From assembly GCA_963728445.1 (NCBI GenBank), contig CAVSJO010000008.1, positions 42,330-106,329 of the forward strand: a stretch of DNA of 64,000 nucleotides, in the 5' to 3' direction. Position numbers and translations under genes: made by a program. Origin of the DNA: an uncultured Gemmatimonadales bacterium. GTDB taxonomy: Bacteria > Gemmatimonadota > Gemmatimonadetes > Longimicrobiales > RSA9. Shown here piece by piece: positions 39,166 to 48,337 of this stretch (positions are counted from its first letter, which is position 1; each line of letters starts with the position of its first letter). The notes beneath the pieces are model-generated. The model searched no databases and was not told where the DNA came from. It saw nothing but the letters and a program-made list of their open reading frames with translations.

Positions 39166-40914
39166 ATGAGCCCGTCCTTCCTCAGGCGGCTGAAGGAACG
39201 CAAGCTCGGGCAGTGGGGGCTGGCGTACCTCGGCGCTGCGTGGCTGCTGCTCCAGCTCCTGTCGATGGTCGCGCAGCCGTTCGCATGGCCCGACCTCGCG
39301 ATGCGCCTCGCGACAGTACTGCTGGCCCTCGGCCTGCCCGTTGTTCTGGTGCTCGCATGGTACCACGGCGAGAATGGGAGCCAGCGCGTCAGCAGCATCG
39401 AGCTGCTGATGCTCGCAGGGATCCTCGCGATCGCCGGTGCGGCCGTGGCCTTCGTGATCCGGCCGGTCGCGGAAGGAAGCGCTCCGGGAGGACGGGGGGC
39501 GACGGCGCCGCCGCCCGCCGGCGCGCACTCGCTCGCCGTTCTGCCGCTCAGCGACCTCAGCCCCGACTCGGCCGATCGCTATCTGGGCGACGGCGTGAGC
39601 GAGGAGATCCTCGGCGGCCTGACACGGCTCCCGGGGCTCACGGTCGTGGGGCGCGCCTCATCCTTCCGTTTTCGCGGCCCCGACGTGGACGCGCTGCAGG
39701 TCGGTCGAGAGCTGGGAGTCGGCGCCCTTCTGGCCGGCACGATCCAGCGAGCCGGCAGCGCGGTGCGCATCCATGTCGAGCTGGTGGACACGCGCACGGG
39801 TGTCCAGCTCTGGACGGAGCGCTACGACCGGCAAATGGGCAACCTCTTCGCACTCGAGGACGACATCGCCCGGGCCATCACCGACGCGCTTCGCGTCCAG
39901 CTCGACGGCGGCACGGTCGTGCGCCGCGGCACGCCGAACGCGGACGCGCATGACCTCGTACTGCGCGCCAACGCCCTCTCCCGGGCGGCCGACGAGCAGA
40001 GCATCGACCGGGCGGTCGCATTGTACGGGCAGGCGATTGCGATGGACTCGGGCTACGCTGCGGCCTGGGCCGGACTGTCGCAGGCGTACGGGCAGCTCGC
40101 CGATGCCTACCGCTCGCCCGTGGAGATGGCGACCCTGGCCGACCGCGCCGCAACGCGCGCCGTGGCGCTCGACGATTCATGCGCCCTCGCGCACACGATG
40201 CTCGGCGACGCCCGCTACGACTGGGAGTGGCGCTACGCCGACGCACGGCGGGAGTACCGCCGCGCCCTCGCCCTCGACCCCGGCGTGGGCGAGGCACACC
40301 TGCGATACGCGACGCTGCTCCTGTTCGTGGATGAAGACTTCGACAGTGCAGAGCGCGAGCTGGCGACCGCAGCCACGCTCGATCCGTTCAACCCCGACGT
40401 GGCGCGCTGGCAGGAATTCGTCGCGATCGCACGGCGGGATACGACGGCGGCGCTCCGACTGGCGCGCCACGTCACGGAGCTCGCCGGCGGGCCCGTGTAC
40501 TACAGCACCCCACCTCTCGCGTTGGCGAACGCCATGGCCGGCCGGTGGTCGGATTGCGTCCGGTCCTTCGATCCGGTCCCGGCCAGCCGGCTCGCCGGCC
40601 GCAGCACGCTGGCCATGTGTCAGGCCCGAATCGGAGACACGGCGAGCGCACGCCGCGTTCTCGACGAGCTGGTCGCCCAGCCCTACATGGACCAGGTGAA
40701 CGTGGCCCAGGTCCAGCTCGCGATGGGCGATCGCGACGCCGCCCTCGCGTCGCTCGCCCGCGCTGTGCAGGACCGCTCCGCGAACGTGACCGGCATCCGA
40801 ACGATGCCGTGGCTGGCAGAGCTATGGGGCGATCCCCGCTTCGCCGCGATCATCGCCCGCGCCGGCCTGCCGCCGCACGGGCCGCCCAGCGAGCACGCGG
40901 GGGCGGCGCCGTGA
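39166..40914 (+). CDS. membrane-anchored TPR protein with TolB-N/FlgO-like module (kinase-less sensor-type architecture)
   Basis: N-terminus is MSPSFLRRLKERKLGQWGLAYLGAAWLLLQLL plus TM helices. AVLPLSDLSPD...YLGDGVSEEILGGLTRLPGLTVVGRAS follows, then TPR repeats. This is the same layout as the extracytoplasmic part of the kinase at 45381. Confidence 0.7.
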   Translation: MSPSFLRRLKERKLGQWGLAYLGAAWLLLQLLSMVAQPFAWPDLAMRLATVLLALGLPVVLVLAWYHGENGSQRVSSIELLMLAGILAIAGAAVAFVIRPVAEGSAPGGRGATAPPPAGAHSLAVLPLSDLSPDSADRYLGDGVSEEILGGLTRLPGLTVVGRASSFRFRGPDVDALQVGRELGVGALLAGTIQRAGSAVRIHVELVDTRTGVQLWTERYDRQMGNLFALEDDIARAITDALRVQLDGGTVVRRGTPNADAHDLVLRANALSRAADEQSIDRAVALYGQAIAMDSGYAAAWAGLSQAYGQLADAYRSPVEMATLADRAATRAVALDDSCALAHTMLGDARYDWEWRYADARREYRRALALDPGVGEAHLRYATLLLFVDEDFDSAERELATAATLDPFNPDVARWQEFVAIARRDTTAALRLARHVTELAGGPVYYSTPPLALANAMAGRWSDCVRSFDPVPASRLAGRSTLAMCQARIGDTASARRVLDELVAQPYMDQVNVAQVQLAMGDRDAALASLARAVQDRSANVTGIRTMPWLAELWGDPRFAAIIARAGLPPHGPPSEHAGAAP

Positions 40915-43619
40915 GCACCGTGGCGGAGCGTCTCGCGGCGGCTGTCGGCGGCCGTTACCGCGTCGAGCGCGAGCTCGGCGCCGGCGGCATGGCCACGGTC
41001 TACCTCGCCGAGGACGTGCGCCACCACCGCAAGGTCGCCATCAAGGTGCTGCACCCGGAGCTCAGCGCCGTGCTCGGGCCCGAGCGCTTCCTCAAGGAGA
41101 TCGAGCTCACCGCGAGTCTCCAGCACCCGCACATCCTGCCGCTGTTCGACTCGGGCTCGGCCGACGGGCTGCTCTACTACGTGATGCCGTTCGTGGAGGG
41201 CGAGACGCTGCGCGCGCGGCTCGAGCGCGAACGGCAGCTGCCCGTCGGCGACGCCGTCCGGATCGCAGCCGAGTGCGCGGACGCGCTGCAGTACGCGCAC
41301 GAGCGCGGCGTGATCCACCGCGACGTCAAGCCCGAGAACATCCTGCTGCAGAACGGCCACGCGCTGGTCGCGGACTTCGGCATTGCGCTCGCAGTCGAGC
41401 AGGCGGGCGGGGCGCGCATGACGCAGACGGGGCTCTCGCTCGGCACGCCCCAGTACATGGCGCCCGAGCAGGCGATGGGGGAGCGCAATCTCGACGCGCG
41501 GACGGACGTCTACGCCCTCGGCGCCGTGACGTACGAGATGCTAGCGGGCGAACCGCCGTTCGCCGGGCCGACCGCCCAGGCGATCGTTGCGCGCGTGATG
41601 ACCGAGCGGCCGCGCCCGCTCGGCGAGCTCCGCGAGACGGTGCCGGAAGCCGTCGAGGACGCGGTCCACACCGCGCTGGCGAAGCTGCCCGCCGATCGGT
41701 TCGCCACGATGGAGGACTTCGCCGACGTCCTGGCAGGACGGATCGTGGTGAAGTCTGCGGCGAGCGCTGGACCCTCCGATCATCGCGCAGGCGAACAGCG
41801 GCGGTTCAGCACCTGGCGTGACGCGTTTCGCCTGCCTGTCACACGCATTCTCGCGGCCGCGCTGGGCGTCGCCATCGCTGCGGGTGCGCTGCGCGAATGG
41901 AGTCGGGGCAGCGAGAACGGCGATGTGCCACGCACGGCGGTCCGATTCCGGCTCACTTTCGACGACCAGGTGAAATGGGTCGGCAACGGACTCGGCAGTC
42001 CGATCGTGCTCTCCCCCGACGGAACTCGTCTCGTTTTCGTGGGCCGTGACGGCACCGGCTCCGCTCGACTCTACGTGCGTCCGCTCGATGAGCTTGCGGC
42101 TCGCGCACTGCCTGGAACCGAGAACGCCGAGAAGCCGTTCTGGTCGCCGGACGGCAGGTGGATCGGGTTCAGCTCCGGCGGGCAGCTCGAGAAGGTTCCG
42201 GTCGATGGCGGCACGCCGGCGGTGCTGGCCCAGATCGACGGTCTCGAAGGGGCGAGCTGGGGTGCCGGCGATCAGATCGTGATCGCGTCGCAGGCGCGCC
42301 TGAGAATTCTTCCAGCCGCCGGTGGTACGCCGCAGCTGTTGACGCGGTCTACCGGACCCGGAGCGGCCTCGGAGCGGTGGCCTCTGGTGCTTCCCGACGG
42401 GAAGACCGTGCTGTACTCGAGCTGGTCCGGCACCCTCGTCTCGAGTGCACGGATCGCCGTGCTCTCGCTGCCGGAGGGAAAGCCCAGGGTCCTCGACCTG
42501 CCGGGCACGCAGCCGCTCGGCGTCATCGACGGCCAGCTCGTGTACGCAAGCGCCTCCGGTGTGGTCATGGCGGTGCCGTTCGACGTGCGGTCGCAGCGGG
42601 TCTCCGGAACGCCCGTGGCCGTGATCGATGGGGTCGCGGTGGGGCCAGGGGGCAACTTGAAGGGCAGCGTGTCCCCCAGCGGCTCGGTCGTGTATGCCAG
42701 TGGTTCCGCGCCCACGACTCGTCTGATGATCGGCGCGCCCGGCGAGCTGCCGAGGCTGCTCCTGCCGGACGAGCGCTCGTACGCCTTTCCCCGCTTTTCG
42801 CCGGATGGGAAGCACCTCGCGTTCGCCGTGTTTGCCGGGAGGGCGGACGTGTGGATCTACGATCTTCCGTCCGGCCCGCTCCGGCGCCTGACGTTCGAGG
42901 GGCCGCTCAACGACCGGCCCGAATGGAGCGCCGACAGCCGGCAGGTGCTCTTCCGTTCGAACAGGAGCGGCGAGAGCGCCATCTGGATCCAACCCGCCGA
43001 CGGGAGTCGTCCGGCGAAGCTGCTCTTCGCGGTTCCGAACGAGGCGGTGGACGAGGCCGTCCTGTCGCCCGACGGCGAATATCTGGTCATGCAGCTCGAC
43101 TCGGCGGGATCCGGCGGAATCATCACATACCGCCGCATGCGCGGGGACACCGCCGTTCACGTGATCGCGAATCCGGAGATCGGGCAGGCGGCACACGCAC
43201 GCCCGTCGCCCGACGGGCACTGGGTCGCGTATTCATCGAGCGAGGCTGGGAACTGGGAGGTCTACGTCAGGCCGTTCCCGTCGCTCGAGGCTCGCTATCA
43301 GGCGTCGCTGAACGGTGGCGCACAGCCGGTCTGGTCGCCCGACGCCCGCCGGCTGTTCTACGTGAGTGACGGCCGTCTGATCGCGGCGACGTTCGCCTTC
43401 GATCCCTTCACGATCGTGAGACGCGACACGGTTCTGGAGAGCATGGCCGCCACGCCCACCGGCGCGGGAGCGTACACGTTCTACCACGCGAACTACGACG
43501 TCGCGCCCGATGGCAGGTCCTTCGTGTTTCTCACCGCCGGCGGCGAGGATGCCCCCGTCATCGTCGTTCATGACTGGCAGCTCGAGCTCAGGGCGCGGAT
43601 CGATGCTTCTCACCCGTAG
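40911..43619 (+). CDS. Hanks-type Ser/Thr protein kinase with TM helix and C-terminal TolB-like (PD40) beta-propeller
   Basis: GTG at 40911 overlaps the upstream stop (GTGA). Motifs GAGGMATV, VAIKVL, HRDVKPENIL, DFGIA and APEQ. Repeated SPDG...FV PD40 motifs follow. Confidence 0.85.
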   Translation: MSTVAERLAAAVGGRYRVERELGAGGMATVYLAEDVRHHRKVAIKVLHPELSAVLGPERFLKEIELTASLQHPHILPLFDSGSADGLLYYVMPFVEGETLRARLERERQLPVGDAVRIAAECADALQYAHERGVIHRDVKPENILLQNGHALVADFGIALAVEQAGGARMTQTGLSLGTPQYMAPEQAMGERNLDARTDVYALGAVTYEMLAGEPPFAGPTAQAIVARVMTERPRPLGELRETVPEAVEDAVHTALAKLPADRFATMEDFADVLAGRIVVKSAASAGPSDHRAGEQRRFSTWRDAFRLPVTRILAAALGVAIAAGALREWSRGSENGDVPRTAVRFRLTFDDQVKWVGNGLGSPIVLSPDGTRLVFVGRDGTGSARLYVRPLDELAARALPGTENAEKPFWSPDGRWIGFSSGGQLEKVPVDGGTPAVLAQIDGLEGASWGAGDQIVIASQARLRILPAAGGTPQLLTRSTGPGAASERWPLVLPDGKTVLYSSWSGTLVSSARIAVLSLPEGKPRVLDLPGTQPLGVIDGQLVYASASGVVMAVPFDVRSQRVSGTPVAVIDGVAVGPGGNLKGSVSPSGSVVYASGSAPTTRLMIGAPGELPRLLLPDERSYAFPRFSPDGKHLAFAVFAGRADVWIYDLPSGPLRRLTFEGPLNDRPEWSADSRQVLFRSNRSGESAIWIQPADGSRPAKLLFAVPNEAVDEAVLSPDGEYLVMQLDSAGSGGIITYRRMRGDTAVHVIANPEIGQAAHARPSPDGHWVAYSSSEAGNWEVYVRPFPSLEARYQASLNGGAQPVWSPDARRLFYVSDGRLIAATFAFDPFTIVRRDTVLESMAATPTGAGAYTFYHANYDVAPDGRSFVFLTAGGEDAPVIVVHDWQLELRARIDASHP

Positions 43620-43661
43620 CCCCGTATGCAGCTCTCGATTCACGCAGGACGACACGCATGA

Positions 43662-44828
43662 GTCCAGCCCGCGCTGTCGCCCGATGGGCGGTACGTCGCC
43701 TACGTTTCGAATACCGCAGCCGGCATGCGCATCTACGTGCGGCAGGTCACCGGCGGCAGGCCTGCGCCGCTTTCGGACGACTCGCTGGACGTGGAGAGCA
43801 ACCCGCAGTGGTCGCCGGATGGATCACGCATCCTGTTTCTCTCGAACGGCGGTGTGTTCAGTGCACCCTCCTCGGGCGGGCCCGCGCGACCGGAGATGGC
43901 CGAACCCCGCTCCGGAGCGGTGATCTCCGCGGTCTGGGCCCCGGACGGGCGGGCGATCGCCTACGCCGTAGGGGACTCGATCTACATCCGGGACCCCGCC
44001 GGCGGTGTCCAATTTCTCACGCGAATCCCGGAGGCCTCCCTCTGCCAGTGGTCGCCCGACGGAACTCGCCTCGCCTGCGCATCGCAAAACTCCTACTATT
44101 TCCGGCTCGGGAATTTCTTCGGTAACCTGTCGCCCAGCCGCATCGTCGTTGCGCGCGTGTCAGATGGCACCACGAGCATCGTCTCCGACAGCACCTCGAT
44201 CAATCAGAGGCCCGTCTGGTCGAACGATGGGCAATGGCTCTACTTTGTCTCGAGCCGGTTGGGGGTTCGCGATGTCTACGCGATGCGCATCGATCGCGCG
44301 GACCGTGCGAGCGGTGATCCGCTGCGACTCACCACGGGTCTCGACGCGCATACCATTTCCATTGCCGGAGACGGCTCGCGATTCGCCTACGACCGGTACA
44401 TTGCCACCTCAAACCTCTGGTCGCTCCCGTTCCCGCCCCACGGGGCCACGCAGGATGCAGCGACGGCGGTTACCAGTGGTACGCAGGTGATCGAAAACGA
44501 TTCGACAGACGGCTCCTGGATCTATTTCGACTCGGACGTGAGCGGCGTCTCGGAGCTGTACCGGCAGCGCCTACCCGATGGGGAGCCGGAACAGCTCACG
44601 ACGGATCCGAGCGATGAGTTCTCGCCCGACCCATCCCCCGACGGCCGCGAGCTCGCGTTCCATTCGTGGCGCTCGGGCTCCCGGGACCTGTACGTCATGC
44701 CGCTCCACGGGGAGTCGAAAACGCGTTTGGATTTCCTGTTAGCTGCCGTCGCCGTCCGCCTGCCGCCTGCGAAACCGCCGGCTGCATACCGCGCCTGCCC
44801 ACCGGCCGATCACCATGGCTGCGGGTGA
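43662..44828 (+). pseudogene. orphan TolB-like (PD40) beta-propeller remnant lacking both ends
   Basis: The frame opens directly after a TGA at 43659-43661 with no start codon, yet already encodes a PD40 repeat (LSPDGRYVAYVSN). It has no kinase or TM part. Similarity ends near 44715 (LYVMPLHGES), and the tail is junk overlapping the sigma gene. Confidence 0.6.
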
Positions 44829-45384
44829 GGCTCTGCCTCCCGAACTGCTACGCTCCCTGCAGGAGGGGGGCGAGGCCGCCGCCGAGCGGCTGTTCGAGGC
44901 GCTATACGACGAGCTCCACCGCCTCGCGGGGCGCGTCCGACACGGGCGCGCGAGCGAGACCCTCAGCACCACCGCGCTGGTGCACGAGGCGTACATCAAG
45001 CTCACCTCCTCCCACGACATCGACGTCCAGGGGCGCCGCCACTTCTACCGTCTCGCGGCGCGCGCGATGCGTCAGATCCTGGTGGACGCAGCCCGGCGTC
45101 GCATGGCTGAGAAGCGTGGCGGCGACCCGCTTCCCGTCACGTTCGACGAGGCGCTGCACCCGACGCCGATGCCGTCGACGAGGCTCCTTTCGCTGGACCG
45201 GGCGATCGACCGGCTCTCCGACGTCGACCCCCGTGCAGCCCAGGTCGTGGAGTGCCGTTTCTTCGCCGGCCTGTCGGTCGAGGAGACGGCGACAGCCCTC
45301 GACGTCTCGGCCCGGACGGTGAAGCGCGACTGGCGCGTCGCCCGCGCCCGGCTCGCCGCAGAGCTCGCGGCGGAGGACGGATGA
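44815..45384 (+). CDS. ECF-type sigma-70 factor, PF07638/TIGR02999-like (kinase-associated class)
   Basis: The N-terminus LLRSLQEGGEAAAERLFEALYDELHRLAGR...ETLSTTALVHEAYIKL is typical of PF07638. Region 4 is VVECRFFAGLSVEETATALDVSARTVKRDW. No anti-sigma gene is adjacent. Confidence 0.85.
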   Translation: MAAGEALPPELLRSLQEGGEAAAERLFEALYDELHRLAGRVRHGRASETLSTTALVHEAYIKLTSSHDIDVQGRRHFYRLAARAMRQILVDAARRRMAEKRGGDPLPVTFDEALHPTPMPSTRLLSLDRAIDRLSDVDPRAAQVVECRFFAGLSVEETATALDVSARTVKRDWRVARARLAAELAAEDG

Positions 45385-48257
45385 GCCGCGAATCGGAGGA
45401 GCGGGAGCGCTGGCGCCGCGTGCGCGCCCGATTCGAGGACGCAGTCGGCCGGAGCGAAGCGGAGTGGCCTGCCATCGTGGCGGCGACTCCGGCGGAGGAC
45501 CGCGAGCTGCTCGCCCGCATGCTGGCAGCGGACGCCGCGCCGGAGCCCCTCCTCGATCGTGCACACGACGATCTCGCGAACGACCTGATTCCGCCGAAGG
45601 AGCCGCTGCCCGACCGCATCGGCCGCTATGTCGTGGTACGGTCGCTGGGGCGGGGTGGCATGGGCCAGGTGCTGCTCGCACGGCCGAACGACGGCTTCGA
45701 GCCGCGCGACGTAGCCATCAAGCTCCTCCGGCGAGGCATGGACAGCGAGGACGTGCTGCGTCGCTTCCGCGCCGAGCGCCAGATCCTGGAACGGCTCAGC
45801 CATCCGAACATCGCCCGGCTGCTGGACGCCGGCATCTCGGCTTCCGGCCGCCCGTACTTCGTCATGGAGTACGTGCCCGGCGCGCCGATCACGGAATACT
45901 GCCAGTCGCGTGATCTCGCGCTCGACGCGCGCCTGCGGCTCTTCGCGGCGGCCTGCTCCGCGGTTCAGCATGCTCATGAGCACGGCGTGGTGCACCGGGA
46001 CCTGAAGCCGAGCAACGTGATCGTGGCGGACGGGTCCGACCCCGCGGGGCCTGCGGTGAAGCTTCTGGACTTCGGCATCGCGAAGATGCTCGAGCCGGGA
46101 GGACTCGACCTGACCGAGATCCGGACGCGGACCGGGCTGAAGCTCATGACGCCGGAGTACGCGAGCCCCGAACAGGTCCGGGGCGGGGACATCGGGCCTT
46201 CGAGCGACGTGTACAGCCTCGGCGTCGTGCTCTACGAGCTCCTTTCGGGGAATCGGCCATACGAGCTGAAGGGGCTCTCCCCCGCCGAGCTGGAGCGCGT
46301 CGTCTGCGAGGAGCCGCCGCCCGACCTTCCGAACCATGACAGCCGGACCCCTGCCGCGCTCCGGAAGGTGCTCTCGGCTGCGCTCCACAAGGACCCGGAG
46401 CGCAGGTACGCCTCGGCCGGGGCGCTCGAGGAAGACGTGAAGCGATTCCTCGACCGTGAGCCCGTCCGGGCACGCGGCGATCCAGTCGGCTACCGCGCCG
46501 GTAGATTCGTGCGGAGACACCGGGTCGGGCTGGCGCTGTCGACCGCCCTGCTGGGGGTTGCCCTCGCGATCGCGGCGGTCGGCGAGCGCCTCGCCGCCGG
46601 CCCGTTCGCCCCGACCGATGGCGACCCGCGGGCGGTCGCCGTGCTGCCGTTCCGCTACGAAGGTCCGGGAGATCAGGCGTACTACGCCGACGCCCTGGCG
46701 AACGATGTGAGCGCCAGCCTCTCCGGCCTGCCGGGCCTGCGGGTCGTCACCCCGCACCGCGTGCTCCCCGACCCCGATTCGGCGGCCGAGCGGGCCGAGC
46801 TCGGCGCCGAGCTCGGCGCGTCCTACCTCCTGACCGGGCGCGTTCGCTTCGAGCGACCGACGGAGCCCTCGGGCCGGGTGGTGGTGAGTCCCCGCCTGGT
46901 GCGCGTGGCGGACGGCAGGGTGGTGTGGAGTCGTACGTTCGACCGGCCGATGAAGCAGATCTTCGCGGTCCAGGAGGCGGTCGCTCGCGGCGCGGCCCTG
47001 GCCCTGGATGTCGCGGGGGATGCGGCCGGCGCAGCACCGGGTGCGCCTCCCACGACGAACCTCGAGGCGTACCGCTTCTATCTTCGCGGCAATGACTTCC
47101 GCCGCTTCCTCGAGGACGAGCAGCGGCTGCGTCTGGCGGAGGCGTCCTACCGCCGTGCGGTGGCTCTCGACAGCACGTTCGCCGAGGCGTGGGCGGCGCT
47201 GTCGGTGACGGAGACGGCGCTCTGGTTCAACCATTTCGACCGCGCGGACAGTAGACTGGACGAGGCCTGGGACGCGGCGGAGCGCGCCCTGAAGTACGAC
47301 CCGGGGACCCCGGAGGCCTACTACGCCCTCGGGCTCTTCGTCTACCAGGGGCAGGGCGATCTGCGACAGGCGCAGCGGTACTTCGAGCGCGCGCTCGAGC
47401 TCCAGCCCAACCATGAAGACGCCCTCGTCGGACTCGCGAACGTGCTCAGGCGCCAGGGACACCTCGAGGAGGCCATGTCCCGGTATCAGGAGCTCAGGGC
47501 CATAGACCCGCTGGACCCGAGCTTTCTTTTCTCCGAGGCCTTCACCCAGCAGCTTCTCCGGAACTACGGCGAGGCCGAGAAGCTGTACGCGGCCGCCGCG
47601 GCCGACGGTGCGGACCTGCCGCTGCTCCATGGCACGTGGGCGCTGCTGCGCCTGAGCCGGACGGGGTCGGTGGCGGACGCGCGTGCCGTCCTGGAGCAGG
47701 GCACGGGGCCCGCCGTCTACAACGACTACACGCGCTACATCGCGCTGGACCTGACGCTCATGGACGGACAGTACCGGGAAGCGCTCCAGCGCGTCGACGC
47801 CTGGAAGCTCGACGTCCTGGACGCCCAGCCGGTGTACGTGCCGGCCGCCTGGCTCCGTGCGCGGGCCTACCGCGGCCTTGGACAGCCTGACAGCGCCCGG
47901 GCGGAGGAGCGGATCGCCGCCCGCGTCCTGGAGGAGCGCGTGTCCAGCCATCCCGACGACGCGCGAGCGTACGGTACCCTGGGCCGCGTCGACGCCGCCC
48001 TCGGACGTGGCGACGCCGCCGTTCGCGTGGCGAAGCGGGCCGTGGAGCTCCAGCCGCAGTCCAGCGACGCCGTGCTGGCTCCCTTCCGCCTCGAGGACCT
48101 GGCGGCCGTCTACGTCGCCACGGGACGCCTCGACGACGCCGCCGCCGTCATGGATTCCCTCCTCACACGGCCTTCCCTCCTCTCACAGGAGAACATCCAG
48201 GCCGATCCGCGGTGGGCGCCGCTGCGCGGGCGACCGGAGTTTTCCGCCGCGCACTGA
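45381..48257 (+). CDS. Hanks-type Ser/Thr protein kinase with TM helix, TolB-N-like module and TPR sensor region
   Basis: ATG at 45381 overlaps the sigma stop (ATGA), with GGAGGA upstream. Motifs GRGGMGQV, VAIKLL, HRDLKPSNV, DFGIA and SPEQ. A TM helix (VGLALSTALLGVALAIAAV) is followed by AVAVLPFRYEG... and TPRs. Confidence 0.85.
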   Translation: MSRESEERERWRRVRARFEDAVGRSEAEWPAIVAATPAEDRELLARMLAADAAPEPLLDRAHDDLANDLIPPKEPLPDRIGRYVVVRSLGRGGMGQVLLARPNDGFEPRDVAIKLLRRGMDSEDVLRRFRAERQILERLSHPNIARLLDAGISASGRPYFVMEYVPGAPITEYCQSRDLALDARLRLFAAACSAVQHAHEHGVVHRDLKPSNVIVADGSDPAGPAVKLLDFGIAKMLEPGGLDLTEIRTRTGLKLMTPEYASPEQVRGGDIGPSSDVYSLGVVLYELLSGNRPYELKGLSPAELERVVCEEPPPDLPNHDSRTPAALRKVLSAALHKDPERRYASAGALEEDVKRFLDREPVRARGDPVGYRAGRFVRRHRVGLALSTALLGVALAIAAVGERLAAGPFAPTDGDPRAVAVLPFRYEGPGDQAYYADALANDVSASLSGLPGLRVVTPHRVLPDPDSAAERAELGAELGASYLLTGRVRFERPTEPSGRVVVSPRLVRVADGRVVWSRTFDRPMKQIFAVQEAVARGAALALDVAGDAAGAAPGAPPTTNLEAYRFYLRGNDFRRFLEDEQRLRLAEASYRRAVALDSTFAEAWAALSVTETALWFNHFDRADSRLDEAWDAAERALKYDPGTPEAYYALGLFVYQGQGDLRQAQRYFERALELQPNHEDALVGLANVLRRQGHLEEAMSRYQELRAIDPLDPSFLFSEAFTQQLLRNYGEAEKLYAAAAADGADLPLLHGTWALLRLSRTGSVADARAVLEQGTGPAVYNDYTRYIALDLTLMDGQYREALQRVDAWKLDVLDAQPVYVPAAWLRARAYRGLGQPDSARAEERIAARVLEERVSSHPDDARAYGTLGRVDAALGRGDAAVRVAKRAVELQPQSSDAVLAPFRLEDLAAVYVATGRLDDAAAVMDSLLTRPSLLSQENIQADPRWAPLRGRPEFSAAH

Positions 48258-48265
48258 TCCGGCAA

Positions 48266-48292
48266 TGGCCTCCTCCGGGAGCTTTCCGCGTA
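48266..48292 (+). promoter_or_regulatory. candidate ECF-type promoter (TGGCC-N17-GCGTA), copy 1
   Basis: TGGCC at 48266 and GCGTA at 48288 (offset 22), followed by GGGGAG. The same motif and offset occur at 50846 and 52349. Confidence 0.4.
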
Positions 48293-48324
48293 GGGGAGAG
48301 AGCGACGGATCCGCTCCCCCTTTT
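48293..48324 (+). promoter_or_regulatory. leader hairpin plus T4 immediately before the RBS (5' stem-loop or attenuator)
   Basis: GGGGAG(agag)CG-acggatc-CGCTCCCC, then C and TTTT, then CCGGAGG and GTG at 48338. A near-identical element lies at 50874-50904. Confidence 0.4.
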
Positions 48325-48337
48325 CCGGAGGCACCCC

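Noticed and set aside
45072-47951. 959-aa ORF antisense to the kinase gene.
   Set aside because: The composition is Arg/Gly/Pro/Ala-rich with no recognisable motif. The opposite strand encodes a complete Hanks kinase with all catalytic motifs. This is a typical stop-codon-poor antisense frame in very GC-rich DNA.
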